In this document: piece after piece, positions 35,101 to 64,000 of the stretch | How the letters are laid out: every line of letters begins with the position of its first letter | Numbering within the stretch: position 1 is the stretch's first letter | From: Hydrolagus colliei | Taxonomy: Eukaryota | DNA length: 64,000 bases | Assembly: GCA_035084275.1 (NCBI GenBank) | Contig: CM068750.1 | Location: 4,774,001 to 4,838,000, forward strand | Direction of reading: 5' to 3' | The notes under the pieces: model-generated | What the model was told of the DNA's origin: nothing | The model's input: the letters and a program-made list of their open reading frames with translations, nothing else | Database searches by the model: none | Made by a program: the position numbers and the translations under genes

Positions 35101-37559
35101 TCGCCCTGTATTTGAAGAGGTGGTGAATGCAGAAAGGGAAGGACCATGTTTAACCAACCTGGAGCAGTGCAACCATGGGGGCTACATTGTGGAGGGACAT
35201 GGAGCAGGCCGGAACCTGAGGGGAGGGGGCAGGCAGGTTGGTAAGGGAGGTCACGGATGTAGGGCCATGAGGGGGGGCTTTGAATCTGAGGACCAGGATC
35301 TTGAATTGGATCCTCTGGATGATGGGGAGAACCTGTAGAAGGGGGAATTGGGGAGGCCGATAAGCAGGACGTTTGCATCGCCAAGCCAAGTTTATTACAG
35401 TGATTCATATTTGTAATTAGTGTTTATTTATTGCTGTGTCAGAGCCTGTGAAAGAAACTGTGAATTGGATAGAAAATACAGTCACTGTTAACCTTTCGGC
35501 TCAATACACACTGAATCTATTCTTGTCTCTGTGACTGTCTCGCTGGTAATAATGATTCAGCTCTGCCACAGTTTGGATCCCAAAGCCTGACTGGCGGTGT
35601 GACCAGGGCTCACTGTGGTTTTGTCTTGTGATTATTCACTTCAGTTGCATGAAACCCAGAGCCTCTATCAGTTGACATTAACTGCTGGCTTGCACCTTTG
35701 CTGAAATCGAAGCGCTCTGAGACGCTGTCCGGCGTGGAGGGCACTATATAAAACCAAGTTGTTGTTGTTGAACTACCCTTCCCGTGGCTCTTAAACCAAA
35801 CCTGAACTTGCGATGAGTGAGTAATTGGTTTGTGTTAGTCCCTGCTGAGTTTGGACTAAATATTTAGGGAAATACAGTGCTTCTTGCGAGGTCTGACTGA
35901 TTTGTTGAAAGTGTTGTGGTAAAAGGAATGATTAGACCTTCCTTGTTTGACAGGGTCGAGCTCCCATCAGTGTTCAGAAATGCCGAGGATTGCGTCCATC
36001 TCGCAACCAGCGGACCTAATGACCAGGAAATGGATCAAGGAATTGACAATCTCGTATTCAACTCACCAGAAAGCTTGCCTGCTGTAAGTCCTTTCTTTTC
36101 AAATTAAAAGAAATCTGCTCTTTTCTCTTTAGCTGTTAGGTACCTATCTGCCCCAGTTGGCAGCAGCCTCACCTCTGGCTCATGGGTTTAAGCCTGTTGT
36201 CGGGACTTCGAGCTCACAGTCTAGAGTGACATTGAGGTGGTGTCCTTTAGATGACACGTTAAACCGAGGTCCTGTCTGGCGGTTCAGGTGAATGTTTATA
36301 AACGCATGATAATCTTCAAAAAGAAAAGGGAGTTTTTTCTTTTCTCTCTCTGAACCCAGACCAGCAACATTCCAGATCAATTGGTCATTCGCTTCATGGC
36401 TGTTTGCAGAGGGTATTGCTGTTCACAAATTGGCTGCCACTTTTGCAACAAATACACCGTCTACAGCAACAACAACTAAATCAAGACAGCAATTATCTGT
36501 CAAGTCTTTTGAGACATTTCGACGTATTGGTACAATGTTAAAGTCGAGAAGTGTTATTAGTAAATAATTGAACATGGTAACTGTCGGGATTTGAATCTAA
36601 TAATAATTATTGTGTTTTAATATAGTGTTTTTCACGTCTTCTAGACGTCTCAAAGCACTTCACAGAATGTACTGTATAGTGAATTGACTGTATATTGTGT
36701 GGGCGAAACGCAGCAGCCAATTGTGTACAATAGTGTCTCACAAACAGTTGTGGATGGAGTGACCAAATGATTGATTTTTTTGTAAACATTTGATGAAAAA
36801 CCATAATTTTCTGACTAGAATTTGAACCTAGCAATCTTCTGATTGATGCTAGATAAAATACAATACAAAATAGCCATTTATACAGTGCCTTTCATGTCGG
36901 GAGGACGTCCCAAGACACTGGACAGTCAATGGTTTGGACTCTTTAACCTAGCCTTTGGGTAGATGATCCTTGTGACTCCTGTTCCCAGATCCTTGGCAAT
37001 CCCCCCTTCCCATTTAAATAAAAGATCATTAAAGGAGTCAAGTTATTGCCTAGATTAAACAAAGTGGATTTATATAAATACATTTTAAACCATTGTTTGA
37101 CACATTTGATGTATATTTGATACATTTTATTCTGATTTATTCTAAACACGCTGCTGCTGTGAATGGGAAATAGCACAAATGTTTAACTGATTCTTGGTCC
37201 AGCGCCTTGGGACGTTCTCCTGATGTGAAAGGCGCTCTACAAATGTCATTTTGTTGTTGTTGTTGTGGGACATTACTTATCATCAGAGACGTACTGGAAG
37301 CAATCAATTAATCTGTGCATAGGAAGTACATGGGTACAGTGTAATCTGATTAGTTAGGAATCAGATTCCATGAACAATATAACAGGGAGGATTGTACGTG
37401 CATACCACCAAACTTTCCCATCTCTCTCATTTGTTTTTCCAGGAATGTAATGAAATATGTTCCGGAGAAATCGTAGCGAGGAAAGTTGCCATAACTCCGT
37501 CACAAATGGATTATCCTAATCCACTCTTTGAAATTGCCTGCAGTGAGAAAAGTTGTTAA
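26156..37559 (+). CDS. AMN: Amnionless (cubilin partner), complete spliced CDS (12 exons, 479 aa)
   Basis: Exons 26156-26195, 27373-27491, 27601-27645, 29133-29208, 29983-30218, 30987-31124, 32937-33045, 33471-33553, 33769-33955, 34618-34777, 35954-36083, 37443-37559; phase-compatible, total 1440 nt. Features: signal peptide, [21 protein letters not shown], Cys-rich [15 protein letters not shown], one TM helix, cytoplasmic NPLF. Lies between TRAF3 and CDC42BPB. Confidence 0.94.
26750..26882 (+). mobile_element. Truncated family A SINE
   Basis: 3' body plus (ATT)n tail. Confidence 0.82.
27046..27335 (-). mobile_element. Family A SINE, head partly lost, adjacent to the AMN exon 2 acceptor
   Basis: Tail-to-tail with a + strand tail at about 26965-27045. 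Confidence 0.88.
27373..27491 (+). CDS. AMN: AMN exon 2
   Basis: [40 protein letters not shown]. Confidence 0.93.
27601..27645 (+). CDS. AMN: AMN exon 3
   Basis: ttgcag| [15 protein letters not shown] |gtaag. Confidence 0.88.
27715..27866. repeat. C/T-rich low-complexity tract in AMN intron 3
   Basis: About 150 bp almost entirely pyrimidine on the + strand. Confidence 0.8.
28795..29086 (+). mobile_element. Older Deu-domain SINE fragment
   Basis: AGATGTTAAACTGAGG..GTATTTGAAAAGAGAAGGGAATTTTCTCCC..CTGTTTGTGGGACGTTGCTGTGCG plus tail. Confidence 0.7.
29133..29208 (+). CDS. AMN: AMN exon 4
   Basis: [25 protein letters not shown]; AG/GT flanks. Confidence 0.88.
29983..30218 (+). CDS. AMN: AMN exon 5
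   Basis: [53 protein letters not shown]. Confidence 0.94.
30987..31124 (+). CDS. AMN: AMN exon 6
   Basis: [46 protein letters not shown]. Confidence 0.93.
31179..31480 (+). mobile_element. Family A SINE
   Basis: GGAGTCCTGTAGCTC head (small deletion), body, (ATT)n tail. Confidence 0.9.
32464..32740 (+). mobile_element. Family A SINE flanked by minus-strand tail fragments
   Basis: GGAGTCCTGTAGCTCTGTGGTTAGAGCACTCGGCTTGCAAGTGAGAGACCTGGGTTCGATTC. Confidence 0.9.
32937..33045 (+). CDS. AMN: AMN exon 7 (VWC-like Cys-rich region)
   Basis: [36 protein letters not shown] g|gtgag. Confidence 0.93.
33471..33553 (+). CDS. AMN: AMN exon 8
   Basis: [28 protein letters not shown]. Confidence 0.9.
33769..33955 (+). 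CDS. AMN: AMN exon 9
   Basis: [45 protein letters not shown]. Confidence 0.92.
34118..34436 (-). mobile_element. Family A SINE, full length
   Basis: Ends in CTAACCACTGAGCTACAGGATTCC (reverse complement of the head). Confidence 0.9.
34618..34777 (+). CDS. AMN: AMN exon 10 (transmembrane helix)
   Basis: [33 protein letters not shown]. Confidence 0.91.
34872..35010 (-). mobile_element. Truncated family A SINE
   Basis: Tail plus 3' body. Confidence 0.8.
35110..35345 (-). mobile_element. L2 LINE ORF2 3' fragment
   Basis: Minus strand translates [18 protein letters not shown].. (L2 'LP..RI.FKIL.L.FKA' motif). Confidence 0.72.
35954..36083 (+). CDS. AMN: AMN exon 11 (cytoplasmic tail)
   Basis: gacag|g [28 protein letters not shown] |gtaag; phase 2 to phase 0. 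Confidence 0.8.
36150..36540 (+). mobile_element. Older Deu-domain SINE (SacSINE1/AmnSINE-like)
   Basis: GATGACACGTTAAACCGAGGTCCTGTCTG..TTCAGGTGAATGT..TTGCTGTTCACAAATTGGCTGCC. Confidence 0.72.
36600..36770 (-). mobile_element. Truncated family A SINE
   Basis: Tail plus body. Confidence 0.82.
37443..37559 (+). CDS. AMN: AMN exon 12 (last coding exon)
   Basis: ttttccag| [29 protein letters not shown]. Confidence 0.83.
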   Translation, partial: ECNEICSGEIVARKVAITPSQMDYPNPLFEIACSEKSC

Positions 37560-37888
37560 GCTTCGTGTTCCATAAATATTTGCACTGTTTGCAAATGTTT
37601 TTAATTTGGGGATGACTGGTCTGTGCGCTCGCAGACAGGATGTGAGGAGAATGTCAATGCTAATCATAATTTCACAGATGCAGAATTTTGCTCTTGCCTC
37701 GTTTAATTCCTCCTTCATTGGCAATTTAATGAAGACATCCTGAATTTTGAAGTGATGAACTGAGGCGATGTGGGGACATTTCCTTCTGATCTGCGTGAAT
37801 GCACTATAATTTTTAACACTGTTTGCTGTACTCTGGCTTTCACAGAATCTAATTTCTTTTGATTTTTGCTAGGAGATGCTTTGGATTT

Positions 37889-37894
37889 AATAAA
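37889..37894 (+). terminator. Probable AMN polyadenylation signal
   Basis: AATAAA about 330 nt after the AMN stop codon. Confidence 0.5.
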
Positions 37895-38754
37895 CAATAT
37901 TAAACATGGATAGTGAAACAGGCCTTCAGTTATAAGTGATTTAGGAACCAGTGAATTCTCTCACTTTGTGAACTCACACCATGCACTATCCTTTTCACCT
38001 GATTTGAAATCTCCCTTCCCGTATTGTAAATCCGCCAAATTTTGTGTCTGGGGCTGAATGAAGAGAGAAATTAAATAATTGGAGACAAAAGGCAGAATGA
38101 AGACAGCAATAAAAAAAATTATACAGCAAAAGAAAAATAGGGAGGGGTGTGAGGGAGGAGTGGGTGGAAATGCCTCAAAGTTGAGTAAGATACTGTATTC
38201 CTAGAATCAGAACATTCAAGCCATGAATGAAAATCATTGGCAGATCGACAGATACATTAATGCTTCATTTATCCCATATTCTCAAAGGTGAGCCACCTCA
38301 GTTTGAACCTGGATTAGCAGGGCTGAGAGCCATCTCCCAGGGTTTCTCCTTGGTGTTGATCAGACTCAGTTCATGTTCCAGGTTCTGGTGTAATTAAATT
38401 ACCAGCTTAATGCATGTCCATCGCCTCCAGTAAACTTCCATCCCACAGGAGATTCAGACCTTGTATTTATTCTCGCTGCTGATCTCCTTTGTCGAAACTC
38501 AGGAGAACTTCAACATCAAAAGCCAAGAACTGTGAACAGGACACCCAAGTTTGTCTTATCTTCGTTTGATCATTCTATGCAATTCCGCTGTCATTTTTAC
38601 CGCTAACCATATTCAAGCTTTTTAAGGAGAGTGAGGTGGATATACAGGCAGTGGTTATGGATAGATTTCAGCTGTTAATATTAACCAAAGAGCACGCAGT
38701 ATATATGGCTTCCTTTAAGTGTTGGTGAATGTGTCTTTGAAATATACATTTTGA

Positions 38755-38866
38755 GTTTCACCCACAAATATAAGGTCAATTTACTTTACAGCATATTTTG
38801 TGTAGCGCTTTGAGACGTCTAGAAGACATGAAAAGTGCTATATCAAATGCAAGGATTATTATTATT
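38755..38866 (+). mobile_element. Truncated family A SINE
   Basis: 3' body plus tail. Confidence 0.8.
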
Positions 38867-39026
38867 ATACATTTGAATTTATTTTCACTAAAAGTCTGTG
38901 GACAAAATTGTAAAAATCAAAACCTGGCAACTTAACTTCAAAGTTTCTGAATACGTTTCTCTCTAGGTACTGAGAGTAAAATATAAACCAGTATGGATTG
39001 TATCTATTATTGGACTTCATACATTG

Positions 39027-39339
39027 GGAGTCCTGTAGCTCAGCGGTTAGAGTACTCGCCTTAAAAGCGTGTGGCCTGTGTTCGAATCCAGGCAGGTCAG
39101 GGCAACACCTTTGGCAAGTTTCCTTACTCCACACTCCTAATAATAATCTCTCAAAAAAACCCAATAATAAAATTGGTCATTTTCATCCACGACTGTTTGT
39201 GTGACACTGCTGTGCGCAATTGGCTGCCACATTTCCCCCACAAAGTCCATTCACTTTACAGTATATTCTGTGAAGCGCTTTGAGACATCTAGAAGACGTG
39301 GAAAGCGCTATATCAAATGCAAGGTTTATTATCATTATT
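39027..39339 (+). mobile_element. Family A SINE, full length
   Basis: GGAGTCCTGTAGCTCAGCGGTTAGAG..GTTCGAATCC head, body, tail. Confidence 0.93.
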
Positions 39340-39815
39340 TGAAGCATAATTGTGATTTCATATTCCCCACTTCCACCTGAAGTATATCTTGTCAATAATC
39401 CATAGTAGCTGCTCTCGACTGGCAAACTATGATCCATTTGTGTGTCGAGTGAGTGTGTCCCTCTCTGAATGTTTTTCAATTTCAACAGTCTGCCCTGAAA
39501 CAAAATCCTCTCTCCCAAATGTGCTGTGAAAACGTGCAGCTTCAAACCACTAGAGGGACCAAAACACCACTGATCATCAGGTCTGGATTTTTCACGGCAA
39601 CGACGACTTTAAAAAATAATTGCCTAATCAATTTTTGATCTGATGCTGTCTTTCACCACTTGATGGTGCTGTGTCATATATGAATGGAGGAAGCTGTTGA
39701 ACAGGGCACCCACCAATCAAGCAACAACAACAACAATTTACATTTATAGAGCGCCTTTCACGTCGGGAGGACGTCCCAAGGCGCTGAAGCAGCACCTCTG
39801 TTGCAAAAGTGTGGC

Positions 39816-40138
39816 ATAATAATATAATAATCCTTGCATTTGTTAAGAGCTTTTGATGCCTTATCAACGTCTCAAAGCGTTTCATAGAACATACTGAAAA
39901 CAAATTGACTGTAAATTTGTGAGCGAAACGCAGCAGCCAATCGTGCACAGCAGTGTGTCCCACAAACAGTCGTGGATTGTAATGACCAATTTTATTATTG
40001 TTTTTTTCTTGAGGGATGATTATGAGGCGTGTGGAGTAAGGAAACTTGTCCAAAGTTTCGCCCTGACCTGCCTGGGAATCAAACCCAGGTCTCTTGCTTG
40101 CGAGGCGAGTGCCCTAACTACTGAGCTACAGGACTTCC
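39816..40138 (-). mobile_element. Family A SINE, full length
   Basis: Inverted relative to the 39027 copy; preceded by an L2 tail at 39722-39786. Confidence 0.92.
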
Positions 40139-41192
40139 TGAATCCTGTATCAAGTTTTAATCAATGTCAGCGGATTGTGTCACCCTGGTTTTCTGGAAGG
40201 AAAGACATTCATGGCTAATCTATGGGAGTTTAATGGAAGAATGATGGAACTTGCAGGCAATCGGTTATCATCTAATTTTCTGTTGACGAATTGCTGAAAG
40301 GTTGCTTCACAAAGTTTGCTTTGCGTAGATGTGTAACATAAATGCAAGTTGTTGTTGTTGTTGAAAGACATAGACACAGGGATGGGGGGGTGGAGGGGAG
40401 AAATTTGTTTGGGAGAAATTCTCTCGCACAAGATGAAAGTAATCCTTAGCCATTTTACATCAACAAAGTACTCAACAGTGGGTGTGACTATGATTTTAAG
40501 GGTTTCAGTTGGTGACACTCCCACCCGTTTTTTGTTGCTTGTTATAGAGATCTCTCTTCAGATTGAGATACTTTTGGTTGGAAATAATTTCTCAACTTCA
40601 ATGTCTTCCCTGTGTCCATGTGCTAATCGAGATACAGTAGGAGATTCAAGAGTTTTGTGGTTTTCATTTTAGGTTTTAATCCTGTTTATAATTTACACAG
40701 AAAGATAATAAATGTGAATTTCTAATCATTGTTTTTTGATAGTGTTTCTATGGGAACAATTCAACTGCAAATTGTTTTATTTATTGCTTTACAGTATATT
40801 TTTTCTACCCTTTGCCCTTTCTGTCTCTCTCCCAGTGCCTTTATACTATCCTCAGCCGGTGGCGTGGCGTAATGGAGATATGGGACAATAACTAAATGAT
40901 CTCCTTATTCAACTCATTCTCTGGGTAAAGTAGGAGACCTGCACTCACTTGTGGCGTAGCTGAGAATTGCCACAAAATGCAGTCGCAAATCTGCATTCTC
41001 CCACTGGGCAGCAGTGTTTGACATGTCTCAATGATGTGCTAAGGTGCTCTATCAAATGCAAGGATTATTATTAGTATTGCTGTTCATTAACATTTTTATA
41101 CATAAAGTCACTAAAATACTGTACTTCAAAATATATGCCTTATACTCTACTTGGCAGGAAAATCTTCAAGACAAAACACATTTTTATTTTGT

Positions 41193-41474
41193 GGAGTTCT
41201 GTAGCGCAGTGGTTAGAGCGCTCGCCTTGCAAGCAAGAGACCCGAGTTTGATTCCCAACGGGCGAAATCTTGGGCGAGGTTCTTTACTACACAAGCCTGA
41301 AAATATTCTGTTAAAAAAAGTAAAGAATAATAAATTGGTCATTTCAATCCATGACTGTTTGTGCGCAATTGGCTGCTGCGTTTCACCCACAAAAAACAGT
41401 ATATTCGGCGAAGCGCTTTGAGACATCTAGAAGATGTGAAAAGCGCTATATCAAATGCAAGGATTATTATTATT
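41193..41474 (+). mobile_element. Family A SINE
   Basis: GGAGTTCTGTAGCGCAGTGGTTAGAGCGCTCGCCTTGCAAGC head, body, tail. Confidence 0.9.
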
Positions 41475-43990
41475 CTTAATAGACTGGTTGTGTTGTACAT
41501 ATTCACTGTTGTTGGATCTTATGATGGGAGGCCTGCTGCAAGCACAGAATGCATTTTAAACTCTTATTTTCTTTTACATTTTTACTGCTTCAAACCAATA
41601 AGCCTGTCTGTGCAATGCTGAGTGGTGCCAATTTAGAAATGGATATAAATTTAAAAGCATAATATAAATAAACTTTATTCAGTGACCAGAGGGTGAAGCT
41701 CTTTTCCATAGCAGTTTCGGATCAGCTACAGTGTAAAGGCAGCTCAGATGAATCAAGAGTCTGTAGCACTGCTTCCTGATTCCAGTTATCAAGGATTCAC
41801 TATCTGAATCTTGCTCCAGGAACAGATAAAATCTCTCACAGGATAAAACAGTCAACAACTGAATCAGACGAAAGCATTGAGTAAGCAGAGAACATGTTCC
41901 TGCTGTGCAAAACTTGTGACTACATAAAAAAAGTGTTTTAAGCCTTCCTATTCATGTATGTACCCAATGTAACAGAGTAGAACCTAATAAACAGTTTATG
42001 AAATGTGCCCCACCTCTCCCCTCTCCACACACACACTTTTCTCAAATCATAAAATACTGCACCGATCAGGAAGTTGAACAATTAAAAAAAGGCTTCATTT
42101 CACAGATATTTGGATTGGCGTTGTCACACATATCAACTGATATGCAGGAAACCTTAAATCCACACTCAGTCAGCAGGAACATTTAATGAGGGCAACATCA
42201 AAGTGCTGACTACAGTGAGTGGCACTGGGAACAAAGCTATGCTTTAGTGACATTTGAACCATATGCACGCAGACAAAAGCACATACACCCAATGTCAATA
42301 CTTCAAAAGTCCTTTCAGTTAAATAGTTACTGTATTTACTGTAAAGTTCTCTAGGACTGTCACTTTAATAATATAATTATACGCTGGAAACACAAGGAGA
42401 AACCCATGATACAAAGGTACAACAGGCCGACGGACTTTGCTAACTTTAGATTTTAATCATAAAACTAACAGAAAGGGCGTAGCCTATAAACTAATGAATG
42501 GAGACAATTCTTCCTGCAGGAATACACGTCTGTGCTATCTGAGCTTTCTGGATTAATGCCAGTAATGAGTTTATTTCCACCCACACATCTGCACATTTCA
42601 TGTCTGGACATGGTGCGCTGTTACTTATTTTTGGTTAAAATTATATGAATTGCTGTTCCAAAAGCACATTGCTAGTCTAGGCACAGTGTGGTTTAACTTG
42701 TTGTTCTGTAAAATTATAGGAATTACTGTTCCAGAATATTCAAAAGCAAATACAAGTTACATTGAATTTTGCAAGTCAGGACAGTGATATTTAAATTTTA
42801 TAAAGGAAAACTCCATCGCTGTACTTCCCGGAGACAACGCATGGATTATATAAAAAATGAGGAAGCAAAGGAGTTCCATCTTCTTGAGAACTTGGAAAAT
42901 AATGAATATTTTTCAGAGCCTTGTTCTTTATTTAAACACAATGAAGGTATAGGCCGAAGGAGGGGAGGCACAAACTATTCAAGGCTCAAAAAGGATGTGC
43001 TGCAATCATTATAGGATTATTGATAAATCAGAGAAACAAATGACTCCCTGAGTTGGCTGGTCCCGGAGCCTACACATGTTGCCACAGATCCCTCACCACA
43101 ACAGTGTTGACAACTGAGCAGTGACGGACCAAATTCAGGGGATCCAATAACAAGTTATCTACCATTGTAAAGTGGCTTAGAATTCTAAGTCACTCCTGAC
43201 ATCAAATTCCAAAGAGATCCTGAAGACAGTACCTTCACTGATTTCAACCAGCGGACCGTTTGAAGCAGACTACATCAAAATCTTCACAACAGACACAGCT
43301 TGCTAACTCAGAATGTATTAGGTGAGGTTAGTATGAATGACCTGGTTGAGGTTAAAGCAAAAGTTTACTTCAGTTGAGTCAAAGACAACAGTTTGCAAAT
43401 ACTCCAAGTGTTTAGTAAGTCGCGTAAAAAGGTCATCCGTTTATGATGAAAGATTTAAATTGAAGGAAGGGAGCAGAAAGGAAACAGAAAGGAAATAAAT
43501 ATCTTCAAGGGATTTGTTTCTGTAAGCTAATTCTGTTTGTTGTCGGCAGTGAGCGTCAAGCTCAACTGGTGGCTTCAACTGATATTTCAGCAGCAAAACC
43601 TCCAGAGAGAGAGAGAGAGAGAGGAATTAAGCCAATGCCAATATTCTCTGACGATCCTTCAGCCAGACAAACTCAACAATCATTCAATCATTTGGAACAA
43701 CTAAAGCCTCAAGTTTAGTGATTTCCTATTAGAAAGCAGTACGCAGCAACAAAAATAGATGATCTTGTGTGTATTTTTTTAAATGATGAAATGAGCTCCG
43801 ATACCTGAACTAACTTGCCTACCTCGATCTAGTTTTGACATGCATAACATATCAATGCATAACTTGCTGTGACAAGAACCATACCGATTTGAAACTGCCA
43901 TCCCCACACCTCCTTTCTGTGCTCCAATGGAGTAAAAATCATTTTAACATTTAAAACAGACTATTTTACACATTGGTACCTCTCTTATGC

Positions 43991-43996
43991 TTTATT
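43991..43996 (-). terminator. Candidate CDC42BPB polyadenylation signal (a distal candidate lies at 41674-41679)
   Basis: AATAAA on the minus strand about 1.4 kb past the stop codon. Confidence 0.4.
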
Positions 43997-45430
43997 GACA
44001 AGTCCATTTTCAATATTTTGTCAAAGCACAATTCCATAATTACAAAGAGTGGTTAGCTGAATTGTAACACTACCCACTTTCACAAATTAACATTTTTAAA
44101 AAAATCTAACTGTTTCACCAGTAGTGTTAGGCTCCACAGTGAGCCCTTTCGTATTTAAGTAAATGATAAAGAAAATCTGATTAGTTGCTTAATGTGACAT
44201 GTCACAAATACCATCCAATATGCAGGGGAGCTGGGTGACTAAAACATGCAAATTCTTTACAGTGATCTATAGGGAACTTATACTGCATCTGTATAAACTG
44301 TAAATTGTCATAAATACATCACAGAAGGCACACAGGTGCGATGACAAATTTGATATACTGGCTGTGGTGTACAAGCCTTTAATGCAATACGGACACAATC
44401 CTATGAGTAATAATGTTATCATACACTGAACTTGAGTTTTATATATACACATACATACAAACACACACAACCACACATTAACTGTAACCACCAGGGAACA
44501 TATCATCATCTTGAGGCATAGAATGTATAAGACTGCTGTGGAATATTTTTTAAAGAAATAACCAGTACAACATTTTTGAAGGTATGGATATATTCATGCG
44601 AGGACTTACAAAATGAACAGCAAATTAGAGCAGCTTTCCTGTATCTCAGAGTCTCCCGCCTTACACCTATAATACCTCATCAGTAATCAGAACAATTTTA
44701 TGTTTGTGTGTGTGTTTTACAATAGCTGTATATCTGAGCTGCTGCAGTTCTATGTAAAGATTTTCCCTAACATTAATTTCTGCAGTGGGTCCATAAACAT
44801 TTATAAACCTGGTTGTAGTCTGTTACTACAGGACAGCACAACAAAAGCAAACCTATTTGAGAGATTAAAAACAATAATACAAAATGCAACTAAAATTCTT
44901 ATTCACAGTATTATTTACTGGTTTCATGTATACCCTGAAGATAACAATTTTTTTTCTTTTTTTAAAACTAATAGGAATAGTACAAGGACAATTTTATTTC
45001 ACTGTTTACCAACTATATTAGAAATCTGGCAGGAAAGTTTGGTGCAAAAGACATTGGCCCTCATAATCCCAAATTCTCAGCAATTCACTTGGTTGGTGAA
45101 GGTTAACGGTCAACAATGCACAAAACCTAACCCTCAGGGAATATGATACTTAAAGAGTCAGTCACTTTGTTTCCAGGGCCGACCTTGGAAATACACCGGG
45201 ACTTATTCATAAATGATAATGGATATATAATTTAATGTGCAATCTGCAAGAATTAACAGAAAAAATTCTTCATTCTTGGCACTTTCTTGTAGTAAGACTT
45301 TGAATTCAGCAGAAATCCATTTTTCATGTGGCGGGGGGTGGGGGGGAAGTGGGAGTAAGAAAATCTATGACAATAAAGAATCCTATTAGTATGTGGCAGA
45401 CGCACTACAAAGTATTATTAGAGGCAATGG

Positions 45431-63784
<18,354 letters not shown>

Positions 63785-64000
63785 TTAATTACATTATCAA
63801 CAAAAAATATTAAATTATTACATGCAAGCCTCTTCAGTTTAAACCTTACACACATAAAAGGTTCTGATCCATAAATATCTACTTATTATTCCAGTAGTGT
63901 ATAAGCTAATGGTACAAATTGCAAAAGACTTTGTTTAAGCATCAAGTATTATTCATTATCCCCAGAAGCAGATTTGCATAGAAGACACATCAAAAGTTAC

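Noticed and set aside
39027-39100. tRNA gene-like sequences (also at about 175-247, 2298, 29660, 31179, 32464, 41193)
   Set aside because: They are SINE heads: the anticodon varies between copies, there is no proper acceptor stem, and most continue into the SINE body and tail.
40180-40672. Overlapping 107- and 114-aa ORFs between AMN and CDC42BPB
   Set aside because: No domain similarity or exon structure; they include an L2 tail fragment.

Overview
Vertebrate genomic DNA, probably a cartilaginous fish and possibly a chimaera (inferred from the repeat content and compact introns, not proven). It carries the conserved TRAF3-AMN-CDC42BPB block. TRAF3 (+) is complete, with 10 coding exons at 11771-21518 encoding 568 aa. 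AMN/amnionless (+) is complete, with 12 coding exons at 26156-37559 encoding 479 aa. The 3' half of CDC42BPB/MRCKbeta (-) runs from 63746 to 45431 (coiled coil, C1, PH, CNH, CRIB); its kinase exons lie beyond the window end. Introns hold many copies of a ~310 bp tRNA-derived SINE with a Deu-like body and an L2-type (ATT)n tail, plus L2/CR1 3' fragments, older Deu-SINEs and one hAT MITE. Most short ORFs in the supplied track are repeat or intron artefacts. Main observations: an in-frame exon encoding a second CRIB-like motif in MRCKbeta; candidate 12-, 24- and 51-nt cassette exons upstream of the C1 domain; seven consensus NF-kB sites upstream of the TRAF3 coding exons; a degenerate first FXNPXF endocytosis motif in AMN; a C3HC3D RING in TRAF3; and several inverted SINE/L2-tail hairpins. 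All exon boundaries were read by eye. I found no clearly novel multi-gene system.
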